From: Promethearchaeota archaeon
GTDB taxonomy: Archaea; Asgardarchaeota; Lokiarchaeia; Sigyniarchaeales; SOKP01
Assembly: GCA_019894975.1 (NCBI GenBank)
Contig: JAGXNO010000003.1
Span: 1 to 64,000, forward strand
DNA length: 64,000 bases
Direction of reading: 5' to 3'
Of this stretch, positions 1 to 10,170 are shown piece after piece (the first letter of the stretch is position 1; every line of letters begins with the position of its first letter). A program made the position numbers and the translations under genes. The notes below the pieces were generated by a model. That model was not told the origin of the DNA. It made no database searches and saw nothing but the letters and a program-made list of their open reading frames with translations.

Positions 1-381
1 CTTAAAGGATGCATATTGATTAATTTCAGAAGTATCACTCTGAATTTCACTCCGATAAAGAGTATAAAACATATCCAGTGATTTTTCTGCTTCTTCTCTT
101 ATATCATGCTTTAGGAAATCTTTATCAAGAATCGCAACGAAAATCAAGTTGTATTTATACACAATAATCATGTCTACATCAAGACCCTTGATATTAATCT
201 CTTCTAGTTCACCCAAGTTATTTCCAAATAAGCGTAAGGCTCCAACAAAAGAAGATAATAACACAGGATCAATTTTTGAATCTAGAATAAGATCAAGTAA
301 ATATTCCCCGGATTCTTTACAAATAACAATGCCTTTTACTAGTTTATATTCATCTACAGTAATGTCTATCTCACTTAACAA
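1..381 (-). CDS. Longin/roadblock-like domain protein (partial, runs off window start)
   Basis: Not in ORF track. Manual translation from TTG at 381: MLSEIDITVDEYKLVKGIVICKESGEYLLDLILDSKIDPVLLSSFVGALRLFGNNLGELEEINIKGLDVDMIIVYKYNLIFVAILDKDF..., open to position 1; the beta-beta-helix-beta pattern resembles Asgard longin-like proteins. Confidence 0.6.
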   Translation of the reverse strand, partial: MLSEIDITVDEYKLVKGIVICKESGEYLLDLILDSKIDPVLLSSFVGALRLFGNNLGELEEINIKGLDVDMIIVYKYNLIFVAILDKDFLKHDIREEAEKSLDMFYTLYRSEIQSDTSEINQYASFK

Positions 382-540
382 ATCCTTAACTACCTATTGG
401 TATAATGTTACTACACTCTAATAAAATCTTTTAATTTATAATTTAAATTTAGATGTAATATCTGTGGAATAGAATAAGATCTGATTTTTCTAATACTCCT
501 ATCAAAATTAAAAATATATCAAAAAAAGAATTGTTTTAAA

Positions 541-1392
541 TTATTTTTCTAAAATCTCTCTTACTTTCTTTACAATCTCTTTAAATGCCTTAGTAGCCTT
601 ATTATCAGGATATTTTAATACGAAGGGTAAACCTAGATCTCCTTGCTGACTTATCTCTACCTCGAAGGGAATCTTTCCCAACAGTTTAATACTAAAATCT
701 GTTGCCGCTTTTTCTGCTCCACCGGGAGGATATAAATCAATATACTCACCACAATGAGGACAATTAAAACCTGAATGATTTTCAATGATACCAAGGATTT
801 TCCTTTCCATCACCATTGCCATCTTTATTGTTTTCCTTGCGTCCATTAAGGCTACTTGTTGGGGTGTAGTAACAATAACCACGTTTTCATCTGGGATTAG
901 TTGGAGTATGTCGAGAGTCTCATCAGATGTACCCGGGGGTAAGTCACAAATTAAATAATCAAGTTCTCCCCACATCGCATCTCCTAAAAATTGTCTTACC
1001 GCACTCATTTTCATAGGGCCTCTCCAAATTACTGGATCGTCTGGGTTGAGAGTTAAAAATGCCATACTCATTACCTTTATATTCAGAGGACCATTTATTG
1101 GATAAAATTTTTTAGCATCCGCGTCTACTCTTGGTTTAAGTTCGGGATTTACACCAAGCATCTTAAGGACATTTGGTCCTGTTATGTCAACATCAAGGAT
1201 TCCTACTCTTAAACCAACGCTGGCTAAGCTCATAGCAAGATTGACGGCAACCGTAGTTTTACCAACCCCACCTTTACCAGAAATGATGACGATTTTATTT
1301 TTAATTTTCTGCATATTTGTTATTATAGACTTCTCTCTATCATCCATCATCATTTCTTTTAAATCAATATCTGGAATTTCTTCTTCAGCCAT
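541..1392 (-). CDS. apbC: Mrp/NBP35 (ApbC) Fe-S cluster carrier ATPase
   Basis: SGKGGVGKTT Walker A, VIWRGP, DLPPGTSD, ENHSGFNCPHC motifs. Confidence 0.93.
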   Translation of the reverse strand: MAEEEIPDIDLKEMMMDDREKSIITNMQKIKNKIVIISGKGGVGKTTVAVNLAMSLASVGLRVGILDVDITGPNVLKMLGVNPELKPRVDADAKKFYPINGPLNIKVMSMAFLTLNPDDPVIWRGPMKMSAVRQFLGDAMWGELDYLICDLPPGTSDETLDILQLIPDENVVIVTTPQQVALMDARKTIKMAMVMERKILGIIENHSGFNCPHCGEYIDLYPPGGAEKAATDFSIKLLGKIPFEVEISQQGDLGLPFVLKYPDNKATKAFKEIVKKVREILEK

Positions 1393-1595
1393 AATGTTTA
1401 ATCTCTTATTAATTATGCATTGAAACTATTGATTTGTTATATTTTTTTGGCTAATTTATTATGAATTTTAAGATGACTTCTCTTATATTTTAAATTTCAT
1501 CATGAAAGTTTTTATATGCTATAACCTAAAGAAATTTTAATTTCAATATATTATTCATAACTGAAAGTAGTAAAAAAAACTCAAGGTGTTAATGA

Positions 1596-2081
1596 ATTCC
1601 AGTTAGCAATTTTATGGAACTTTACAAATTTTTACCTAAAACAAATTGTAAAAAGTGTGGAAAGCCAACGTGTATGGCATTTTCTCTAGATTTACTACAA
1701 GGAAAGGTAAAAATCGACGATTGTACACCGCTTTTGGAGCCTAAGTATAAAAAGAATTATGATACCTTAAAAGAACTGTTAGGTTCTGAAGAAGGCAAGG
1801 AAAAAGAATTAAAAATCGATGTTGATGATGAATTGTGTGATGGTTGTGGAATTTGTGTTACTGTATGTCCCGTAAATGCAAGATATTGCCCACCATCATT
1901 GAGTGGTAAAGCACCTGATTTTCCACCTGATAAACATCAACTTTTTCAAGTAAAAAACGGTAAATGTGAATTATTGGCCCTTGAATATTGTCGGAGAATA
2001 GAAGGAGAAGGTCAAGCCAGAGAATGTCGAGTATGTGAATCCTACTGCCCACGGGAAGCCGTTAAAATTGATTATATTTAG
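1596..2081 (+). CDS. Fe-S domain (CdhE/RnfB N-terminal-like) + 4Fe-4S dicluster ferredoxin, FwdG-like
   Basis: LPKTNCKKCGKPTCMAF plus CDGCGICVTVCP and CRVCESYCP; first gene of the fwd cluster. Start is either ATT 1596 (AGGTG RBS upstream) or ATG 1614. Confidence 0.75.
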   Translation: MPVSNFMELYKFLPKTNCKKCGKPTCMAFSLDLLQGKVKIDDCTPLLEPKYKKNYDTLKELLGSEEGKEKELKIDVDDELCDGCGICVTVCPVNARYCPPSLSGKAPDFPPDKHQLFQVKNGKCELLALEYCRRIEGEGQARECRVCESYCPREAVKIDYI

Positions 2082-2115
2082 TTATAATTTTTGATTTTCT
2101 AAAGGGGTTAAAAAA

Positions 2116-3420
2116 ATGGCTAGTAAACGTATTGAATGTACAGGTTGTTCGCTTTTATGTGATGATATAATTATTAAGACTGATGGGTTATATATTGATG
2201 AGGTTATTGGGGCATGTTTAAAGGGGAAGGAAAAGTTTGATCAAGTTACGAGTAAAAATCGTATATTTTCACCCCTCGTAAGAAAGAATAGTGAACTACA
2301 AAAGATTTCACTTAGTAAAGCTTTCGAAGAAGCGATTAAAATTATACAAAATTCCTCTAAACCATTGTTATATGGTTTTTCTACGGTCAGCTGTCAAGCT
2401 CAGTTAAAAGGGATTGAACTAGCTAAATTAATTGATGGTTTTATCGATTCAAATTCAATTATATGCCAAGGAAAAGTTCTTAATGCTGCAAAACAAACTG
2501 GAATGACATTAACAACAATATCTGAAGTGATTAATAAAGCAGATCTATTAATATTTTGGGGCGCCAATGTAGCTGAATCTATCCCGCGATTATTAAATAA
2601 AACTGTATTTTCTCGTGGTAAATTCAGAATGACAGGGAGAGAAATTAAAACAGTTATTATAATTGATCCTGTTAAGACAGCATCTTTTGGAGTCATGGGT
2701 GTACGTGATATTGCATTAAGAATAAATCCTGGGAAGGATATTGAACTAATCCAAGCCTTAAAGGAGGAATGTTGTACACCAGGTAGTTTTCCCTCAGAGG
2801 GAGTTGCTGGTCTTGATAGTGATGATCTAAGAAGACTTTTGATTCAATTAACAAATGCAGAAAATGGTGTTATATTTATTGGTCAGGGAATTGTTAGTTC
2901 TACGAAAGAGCCTAAAGTAATACAAGAATTACTTGAATTAGTGCAAATGATTAACATAAAACAGCAAAAAGGTCGAATGGCAGTTATGATGCTTGGAGGC
3001 CATTATAATATGGCAGGATTCGACCAGGTTGCTTTATCAGTTTCTGGAAAAAACCATAGCCTACAATTTTCTAATAATCAATTAGTAGATTCGTCAGATA
3101 CTATAATTACCAAAATTAATAATGATGATTTTGATTGTTCTATTATTGTTGGTACAGATCCCATCTCCCATTTACCATGGAAATTAAGTAAAAAATTAGC
3201 TTCAAAACCTTTAATCCTTATTGACAATAAAAAATCAGCAACATCACTTATAGCCGATTTAATTATTCCTTCAGCTATTACTGGGATCGAAGTAGGTGGA
3301 TTAGCTTACCGTTTGGATCTCATCCCGATAGAATTAAAACAATATTTAAAGCCCCCAAGCAATATAGTATCTGATGAAGAGATCCTTTCCCAACTCATTG
3401 AGGGCTTAAAAGGAGGTTAG
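2116..3420 (+). CDS. fwdB: Formylmethanofuran dehydrogenase subunit B-like (divergent)
   Basis: CTGCSLLCDD...CLKG Fe-S motif, IFWGAN, GHYN, IVGTDP, AYRLD; followed by fwdD and fwdA homologs. Confidence 0.8.
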   Translation: MASKRIECTGCSLLCDDIIIKTDGLYIDEVIGACLKGKEKFDQVTSKNRIFSPLVRKNSELQKISLSKAFEEAIKIIQNSSKPLLYGFSTVSCQAQLKGIELAKLIDGFIDSNSIICQGKVLNAAKQTGMTLTTISEVINKADLLIFWGANVAESIPRLLNKTVFSRGKFRMTGREIKTVIIIDPVKTASFGVMGVRDIALRINPGKDIELIQALKEECCTPGSFPSEGVAGLDSDDLRRLLIQLTNAENGVIFIGQGIVSSTKEPKVIQELLELVQMINIKQQKGRMAVMMLGGHYNMAGFDQVALSVSGKNHSLQFSNNQLVDSSDTIITKINNDDFDCSIIVGTDPISHLPWKLSKKLASKPLILIDNKKSATSLIADLIIPSAITGIEVGGLAYRLDLIPIELKQYLKPPSNIVSDEEILSQLIEGLKGG

Positions 3421-3424
3421 AAAA

Positions 3425-3796
3425 ATGGAAATGATACTCAATACAGTAAGGATGGTTGATTATGATCAAGCAAGAGAATTTGCTTTTGGGGATGATAATT
3501 CTCTAAAAGAAAATCTCGCAATTTGCTTTATAAATCCTGAAGATTACAAAAAGCTCAATTTAACCCAAAGTCTGAACCTAAAACTATCAAACGATAATGG
3601 GGAAGTAATAATTAGGGTAAAACAGAATGAGGATATCCCACCAGGAACAGTCTTGATGCCCGTTTCAATCTGGGCGAATCAAATAATAGAAATCAATGGT
3701 GATTTTTTAGTTTTCAAAAATCTAAAGATTAATGCTGAGGCAACCAGAGAAAACGTTGTAGATATAAAAAATTTATTAGAATCCCTAAAAACATAA
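3425..3796 (+). CDS. fwdD: Formylmethanofuran dehydrogenase subunit D (molybdopterin dinucleotide-binding)
   Basis: ILNTVR, CFINPED, PPGTVLMPVSIWAN motifs; gene context. Confidence 0.8.
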   Translation: MEMILNTVRMVDYDQAREFAFGDDNSLKENLAICFINPEDYKKLNLTQSLNLKLSNDNGEVIIRVKQNEDIPPGTVLMPVSIWANQIIEINGDFLVFKNLKINAEATRENVVDIKNLLESLKT

Positions 3797-3809
3797 GAAA
3801 ATTTTACAA

Positions 3810-5495
3810 GTGAAGAAAATGAATAGGCTTATAATAAAAAATGGACTAGTCTACGACCCAATAAATAATATTGAGGGTGAAAAAAAGGATATTTTGGTTG
3901 AATCAGGTAAGATTGTAGACAAATTTACAGGTAATAAAGATATTAAGGAAATTGATGCTACAGGGAAAACAATTATTCCCTCGGCTATTGACATACATAC
4001 TCATGTTGCTTCTCAACAAGTTAATTGGGCAAGGTTATTGGGTTCAAATAATGATAAATTTAATGAGGTTTGGCAAGGTTTAACGTTAAAAAACATCGCT
4101 AAAGCCTATGTTTCAATGGGTTATACTTTTATACTTGAAGCAAACGTTTTTCCCTCTTTAGCAAAACAAACGATTTTCAACTTTCAACAGATGCCTATAT
4201 TAGATAAAGCGATGTTGTTAAATATCAGCAATTTTTGGCCATTAGAACTTGAATTCCAGAGAGATAAAACTAAAGATATGGCGGTATTTCTCTCTGATCT
4301 TTTATCTAAAACCTATGGTTTTGGTTTCAAAGTTTATAATCCTTTTGAATGTGAAGTATGGAATTTTAAAGAAATGAGGGAGGATTTATCTAAGCAGGGG
4401 AGATTATATAATTTTTCTGCGCTAGATGTCTATACAAATATAGTGAAATGTATAGAATCAATGGGTTTACCACATTCTGCTCACGTACATATTGAAGGAT
4501 ATGAAAATTCAATAGGAAACAAAAACCTTTTCGATGTTTTAGAAACGATTAATTCATTAGGATTAGAACCAAATCAATTGACAAATTTTGATATCAAAAG
4601 AGAACAAATAATGCATGTTGCTCATGCAAATAGTTATGCAACTGATGGAAATAATACACCGTTAATCGATTATTTCAACCAAAACAATAAATTCTCTTTG
4701 GATCTTTCATTTATTGGTTTTAATCAAATAAATCCTTTGATAACATCAGATAGAAGAATAATTAACTCAATGCTAAAAATGGATGCAATTGACAATCCAC
4801 ATAAGTTAATAAGCTCAGCCATAGAGTTTGAAGGGGATTCGTTTACTACAACGAGAATTCTTGAAAAGAATAATTATCAACATTGTACACTATGGGCAAA
4901 TGCTATTGATTTAGCTTTGAATATTAAAAATAAATCACAGGTTTGTTTTTCACTAAATTTCCCAAATTATGCAATGATAACAGATATACCTGAAATCTTA
5001 ACTTGGTTGATTAATCAAGAAGCCCGACAAGATTTTATGAAAGGAATGAATGATAAATTTCTGAATGATTGTGGCTTAGCCAGTAATGATAAAGTATTAA
5101 ATTTCTCAGAAATTGTAAGTATCACTCGTGTTAGTCCTGCAAAATCTTTAGGATTAGGAAGCATAAAAGGAAATCTTGGTTTAGGTGCTGATGGAGATAT
5201 CAACGTGTTAAACTTAAACTTAGAGAAAACAGATATTAGTAAGGATGCTGAAAGTTTTAGAAACGCTTTTACAAATATTGAGTATGTAATAAAATCAGGT
5301 GAAATCGTTAAAAACCAAGAAAAATTGGCTTTCAATTTAAACGGTTCAATTATTTGGTCGAACGGGCAGGCAGAAGTCGGAGAAAAAGATTTTATTATGT
5401 CAAAAAAGAAAGAATTTTTCCAAAAGTATTCATCCTTGTTCTATGATTCCTATAAAACAATTGTAGAAGATAAATTTTTACGAAAAATAGATTAA
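3810..5495 (+). CDS. fwdA: Formylmethanofuran dehydrogenase subunit A-like amidohydrolase (divergent)
   Basis: IIKNGLVYDPIN, IDIHTH, KVYNP, GLPHSAHVH, ITRVSPAKSLGL..KGNLGLGADGDI. Confidence 0.85.
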   Translation: MKKMNRLIIKNGLVYDPINNIEGEKKDILVESGKIVDKFTGNKDIKEIDATGKTIIPSAIDIHTHVASQQVNWARLLGSNNDKFNEVWQGLTLKNIAKAYVSMGYTFILEANVFPSLAKQTIFNFQQMPILDKAMLLNISNFWPLELEFQRDKTKDMAVFLSDLLSKTYGFGFKVYNPFECEVWNFKEMREDLSKQGRLYNFSALDVYTNIVKCIESMGLPHSAHVHIEGYENSIGNKNLFDVLETINSLGLEPNQLTNFDIKREQIMHVAHANSYATDGNNTPLIDYFNQNNKFSLDLSFIGFNQINPLITSDRRIINSMLKMDAIDNPHKLISSAIEFEGDSFTTTRILEKNNYQHCTLWANAIDLALNIKNKSQVCFSLNFPNYAMITDIPEILTWLINQEARQDFMKGMNDKFLNDCGLASNDKVLNFSEIVSITRVSPAKSLGLGSIKGNLGLGADGDINVLNLNLEKTDISKDAESFRNAFTNIEYVIKSGEIVKNQEKLAFNLNGSIIWSNGQAEVGEKDFIMSKKKEFFQKYSSLFYDSYKTIVEDKFLRKID

Positions 5496-5634
5496 CTCGG
5501 AATTTTTGATCTAATTGGGATTAAAAAATAATCTTAATATCTTTTCTTTAAAATTCTTAAAAACAACTTATTAAATGTTTTCTTGATTATATAAATTCAA
5601 TTTTCTATTATTGAAAAATTAGAAGAAAATAACC

Positions 5635-6831
5635 ATGACAAAATTACCCTTAGAAGGAGTTCTCGTTATTGATTTTTCAACGATTATAGCAGCCCCATTG
5701 ATTGGAACACTTTTGGCGGATTTTGGAGCCGAAGTAATCAAAGTAGAACTACCAAAAGTTGGTGATACAACTAGAGGAGGCAGTAGATCACCGGGGAGAA
5801 GGAGTCTTTTTTGGCTAACAATGAACAGAAATAAAAAATCTATCACACTAGATCTACATACAAATGAAGGTCAGGATATAGCTAGAAAGCTTTGCTCAAA
5901 AGCAGATGTAGTCCTCTTTAATTTTCGACCGGGAGTTATAGAAAAATGGAATCTAAGTCCTGAAGTGTTGCAAAAGACTAATCCAGACTTAATAATAGGC
6001 CTAGTTTCCGGATATGGTCAAACTGGACCTTATAAGGATAAAGGAGGATATGACAGGACTGTAAGCGCGTTTTCAGGGCTGACATATACTTCTGGATACC
6101 CCGAACACCCCCCAGTACGTTCTGGATTCCCATTAATTGATTATTTAACCGGATATCTTGGAGCTTTTGCAGTAATGACGGCATTATATAATAGAGACGT
6201 TAACAAGAATGGAGGAGAAGTTATAGATTTAACGCTCACAGAATCTGCATTTAAAACATCAGGGGGTGCTTTATCAATATATTCAAAATTTGGGACAATC
6301 TATGAAAGATCAGGAAACAAAATTCCATTTGTTGTCCCTGCAGAAAATTTTGAAACGAAGGATGGAAAAAATGTAGCAATTAATGCGAACTCTATAAAAC
6401 TTTGGGAAAAGTTAGCAGGAGGTATGGAACGAACAGATTTGTTAATAGATAAAAGGTTTAACTCAGCTTTAAACAGATTCGAGAATCAAGATGAGCTTTA
6501 TGGAATAATAGGAGATTGGGTAAAAAAATATACTGCTGTGGAGATTATGCGGTTACTAGAAAAAGTTGGAGTTCCATGTGAAAAAGTAAATAACATCGCA
6601 GATTTAGCAGAAGATCCTCATATGCGACAAAGAGATGCAATTGTAGAATATGATGATTATGAATTCGGTAAAATTTTAGTTCCCGGAATAGTTCCAAAAC
6701 TTAAAAATTTCCCAGGTCAGATAAGGTTCTTAGGTGCAAAATTGGGAGAGTTTAATCAAGAGATTTATCAAGAATTGTTGGGATTTACTTTAGAAGAAAT
6801 TAAAGATTTGGAAGAAAAAGAAGTAATCTAA
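5635..6831 (+). CDS. CaiB/BaiF family (class III) CoA transferase
   Basis: LLADFGAEVIKVE, NRNKKSITLDL, NFRPG, SGYGQTGPY...GYD. Confidence 0.92.
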   Translation: MTKLPLEGVLVIDFSTIIAAPLIGTLLADFGAEVIKVELPKVGDTTRGGSRSPGRRSLFWLTMNRNKKSITLDLHTNEGQDIARKLCSKADVVLFNFRPGVIEKWNLSPEVLQKTNPDLIIGLVSGYGQTGPYKDKGGYDRTVSAFSGLTYTSGYPEHPPVRSGFPLIDYLTGYLGAFAVMTALYNRDVNKNGGEVIDLTLTESAFKTSGGALSIYSKFGTIYERSGNKIPFVVPAENFETKDGKNVAINANSIKLWEKLAGGMERTDLLIDKRFNSALNRFENQDELYGIIGDWVKKYTAVEIMRLLEKVGVPCEKVNNIADLAEDPHMRQRDAIVEYDDYEFGKILVPGIVPKLKNFPGQIRFLGAKLGEFNQEIYQELLGFTLEEIKDLEEKEVI

Positions 6832-6869
6832 GACGTAAAACTAGTAGTTCTGACCAATTCTTTGATGAT

Positions 6870-8039
6870 TTAAAGATTCAGAGGATATTTTCTATGCTTT
6901 TCTATTGCGGCTCTAAAAGCAAGAATGTTTTCCCAAGGTACATTCAAAATGTTATGACTTGGACCAGCAAAATATCCTCCGCCATAAGCTGCTGCTTTGA
7001 TGCATCTCTTTACTTCTTCCTCTACTTCTTTAGGTGTCCCAAAACTTAAGGTTCTTGTAGCATCCATTCCCCCCATAAAGCTAACTTTATCACCCAAAGT
7101 TTCTTTTAAATGTGCTAAGTCAACACCGGCAGCAGGTTCTAGTGTTTGGATACAATCTAAGCCAGCATCAACCATATCTGGAAGGAGTTTATCAACATAA
7201 CCACACGAATGCTGGACAACAAACATTCCATGTTTATGACATTCTTGAAACATTCTTTTATATTGGGGAATAAGGAATTTCTGGAAGTTTTCAAGGGAAA
7301 GAATTGAGCGTCCTTTCATTCCTAAGTCATCTAAGTAAAACCAGATATCTACACCTGCTTCTGCATAACGCTTAATCATTTCTATGTTTGTATTAGCATA
7401 TTCCGTTAGGACTTCATGCATAAATTTCGGATGTTTTCGCATAAGATATACAACTCTACTGGGAGTCATTCCTTCATGTAATGCATCATTTAAAGCTATA
7501 ACCGACCTAGCCATCGGATATAAATATTGAGAAAGACTTTCAACAAATTCGTCCCAGATTTTAGGGGAATAATTTACTTCATCATTAATGAAATCTGAAG
7601 GTTTTCCGTATTCATCCCAATAAGATTTTACGATTTCAGGTGTGTGGAATACGCCGTCTATATACCACATAAAAGGTTTTCCGGTTTCAACTTGATCTAC
7701 CATCTTCCAAATTCGACCGGTAGGGGTAGCTATAAAACTTCCAGGATGTTCCGGGGGACCTGGAGCCATGGACCCTTTCAGTCTACGTCTCCAAGGATCT
7801 ATTGCATGTGTATCAACATTCCAAAACCGTAGTTCTGTTATATTTCCTGCCCATCGAAAATCTTCTTTAGAAAAACTATTTTCAATATAGGTTTCATTTT
7901 CTTTATACTCATCTGACTCAAGGAATTCTTGATAAGAAGTTCCAGTTCTTTCGAAACCAAGGTAATGGATAGGTATAATATCGGGTTCATCATCACGTTC
8001 TAAAGTTCGAATAACGCGTTCTCGTTTAGATAAAACCAT
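6870..8039 (-). CDS. UroD/MtaA-family (methylcobamide methyltransferase-like) protein
   Basis: DDLG, HSCG, GGMD..LSFGTPKEV, GPSHNI motifs; adjacent to a corrinoid protein. Confidence 0.85.
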   Translation of the reverse strand: MVLSKRERVIRTLERDDEPDIIPIHYLGFERTGTSYQEFLESDEYKENETYIENSFSKEDFRWAGNITELRFWNVDTHAIDPWRRRLKGSMAPGPPEHPGSFIATPTGRIWKMVDQVETGKPFMWYIDGVFHTPEIVKSYWDEYGKPSDFINDEVNYSPKIWDEFVESLSQYLYPMARSVIALNDALHEGMTPSRVVYLMRKHPKFMHEVLTEYANTNIEMIKRYAEAGVDIWFYLDDLGMKGRSILSLENFQKFLIPQYKRMFQECHKHGMFVVQHSCGYVDKLLPDMVDAGLDCIQTLEPAAGVDLAHLKETLGDKVSFMGGMDATRTLSFGTPKEVEEEVKRCIKAAAYGGGYFAGPSHNILNVPWENILAFRAAIEKHRKYPLNL

Positions 8040-8101
8040 AATAAAAGAGTTGTTTTATTTGCTTAAAAAAATTATCAATTTAGGAAGAAATTTTGGAACA
8101 A

Positions 8102-9271
8102 TTATATTATTAGTGGATAGTCTCTATACTTTTCAATAGCTGCTCTGAATGCTAAGACATTTTCCCAAGGGACGTTTAAGATGTTATGACTTGGTCCCGC
8201 AAAATATCCTCCATCATAACCCGCAGCTTTAATACATCTTTTTACTTCTTCTTCTACTTCTTTAGGCGTCCCGAAACTCAATATTCTCGTTGCATCCATT
8301 CCTCCCATAAGACTAAGCCTGTCTCCCAAACTTTCTTTTAAATGCGCTAAATCAACACCCGCGGCAGGTTCTAATGCTTGAATACAATCCAATCCAGCAT
8401 CAACCATATCTGGTAGGAGTTTATCAATATATCCACACGAATGCTGGACAATAAACATTCCGTGTTTATGGCATTCTTGATATATTTTTTTATAATAAGG
8501 AAGCATAAAAGTTCGGAAATTCTCAAGAGAAAACATAGAACGGCCTTTATAACCCAAGTCATCATAATAAAACACGGTGTCTATTCCTGCCTCAGCATAG
8601 CGTTTAACAAATTCTAAATTCGTTTTAGTATATTCATTCATAACTTCATGAATAAATTCCGGATTTTTTCTCATATGATAAGTGACCCTACTTACTGTCA
8701 TTCCTTCGAATAGAGCTTCATTCATGGCAATCATTAATCTTGCCATGGGATATAAATAAGATGATAAACTTTCAACATATTCCTCCCAGATTTGAGGGGA
8801 ATAATTAACTTCATCGTTAATACATTCGGATGGTTTTCCATATTCATCCCAATATGAATGCAAAATTTGAGGTGTCTTGAAATAGCCATCAAAATACCAA
8901 GCATAAGCTAAACCTGTTTTTACTTGCTCTACTCGCTTAAAAATTCTCCCCGAGGTTGGATTTAGGTAAGTTCCAGGATAATCGGGGGGATTCTCCACTA
9001 CTGCTGATTTCATCCTGTGTCTCCACGGATCCATAGTTTGGCAATCAACATTCCAGAATCTATTTTCTGTTATGTTCCCTGCCCATCTATATTCTTCTCT
9101 TGAATATTTATTTTCTATATAAGTATTATTTTCTTTAAATTCATCTGATTCTATAAAATATTGATAAGAAGTACCTGTTCTTTCAAATCCATTATAATAG
9201 ATTGGTATCTTATCAGGTTCATCACTGCGTTCTAGGGCTCGAATAACTCGTTCTCGTTTTGACAACACCAT
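8102..9271 (-). CDS. UroD/MtaA-family protein, tandem paralog of 6870..8039
   Basis: Same length (389 aa) and same motifs as its neighbour. Confidence 0.85.
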   Translation of the reverse strand: MVLSKRERVIRALERSDEPDKIPIYYNGFERTGTSYQYFIESDEFKENNTYIENKYSREEYRWAGNITENRFWNVDCQTMDPWRHRMKSAVVENPPDYPGTYLNPTSGRIFKRVEQVKTGLAYAWYFDGYFKTPQILHSYWDEYGKPSECINDEVNYSPQIWEEYVESLSSYLYPMARLMIAMNEALFEGMTVSRVTYHMRKNPEFIHEVMNEYTKTNLEFVKRYAEAGIDTVFYYDDLGYKGRSMFSLENFRTFMLPYYKKIYQECHKHGMFIVQHSCGYIDKLLPDMVDAGLDCIQALEPAAGVDLAHLKESLGDRLSLMGGMDATRILSFGTPKEVEEEVKRCIKAAGYDGGYFAGPSHNILNVPWENVLAFRAAIEKYRDYPLII

Positions 9272-9392
9272 AATATCAAAATACTTTGATTATTTAAAAA
9301 AATATATAATAGAATTTGATTTGTAATTAATATTAATCATTAAAATGAAATTAGGGAAGTACAAATAAAAGACTCAAAATTAGGTATTTATT

Positions 9393-10028
9393 ATGGATTT
9401 TGAAGAATTAACCGAACTTATTGTAGAATTGGAAGTGGATGATATAGCTGACGCTGTAAAAGTCGCGCTTGATGAGGATAAAAAGGATCCAATTGAAATT
9501 TTAACAGCTTTAACTAAAGGCATGGATGAGGTGAGTCGTCGTTACGAGAAATTTGAATACTTTCTAGGAGAATTAGTATTAGCTGGTGATACTATGAAAG
9601 CTGGACTTGAAGTCTTAAAACCAGCTTTAGCCGTTTCGGATGCTGCTAAAGAGAAAATTAAAGCAGTAATTGCTACGGTAAAAGGGGACCAGCATGATTT
9701 AGGGAAAAACATATTAGGGACAATGCTTTTAAGTGCCAACTTTGAAGTGTACGATTTAGGAAGGGACGTAGATGCTGATATTATTGTCGAAAAAGTTAGA
9801 GAAACGGGAGCTTCAGTTGTAGGATTGAGTTCTTTACTCTCTATGACTGTAGATCAAATTGGAGTTGTTCATGAAGCTTTAAAAGAAGCGGGATTACGAG
9901 ATGGTGTAAAATTAATAGTGGGGGGAGCACCCTTAAATTTGGAACTTGCTAAGAAATTTGGAGCAGATGGATATGCCGATGATGCGATTTATGGAGTTGA
10001 TCTCATCAAAAAATTAACTAAGACTTAA
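9393..10028 (+). CDS. Corrinoid (B12-binding) methyltransferase protein, MtaC/MtbC-like
   Basis: GDQHDLGKNI (DxHxxG), GLSSLL, IVGGAP; N-terminal cap domain. Confidence 0.92.
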   Translation: MDFEELTELIVELEVDDIADAVKVALDEDKKDPIEILTALTKGMDEVSRRYEKFEYFLGELVLAGDTMKAGLEVLKPALAVSDAAKEKIKAVIATVKGDQHDLGKNILGTMLLSANFEVYDLGRDVDADIIVEKVRETGASVVGLSSLLSMTVDQIGVVHEALKEAGLRDGVKLIVGGAPLNLELAKKFGADGYADDAIYGVDLIKKLTKT

Positions 10029-10170
10029 AAAACTCTTTTTATTCTTGAATTCTATTTCATAGGGAATTTCTTGAACCTTAGATAAAATAATATACTTAGG
10101 TAAAATGGATTATCCTAAATATAATCGTTTAATCAGAAAAGAGAAGAAATTTCACTTTTTTTATAAATAC

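Noticed and set aside
149-421. 90-aa plus-strand ORF in the track
   Set aside because: Antisense shadow of the longin-like minus-strand gene.
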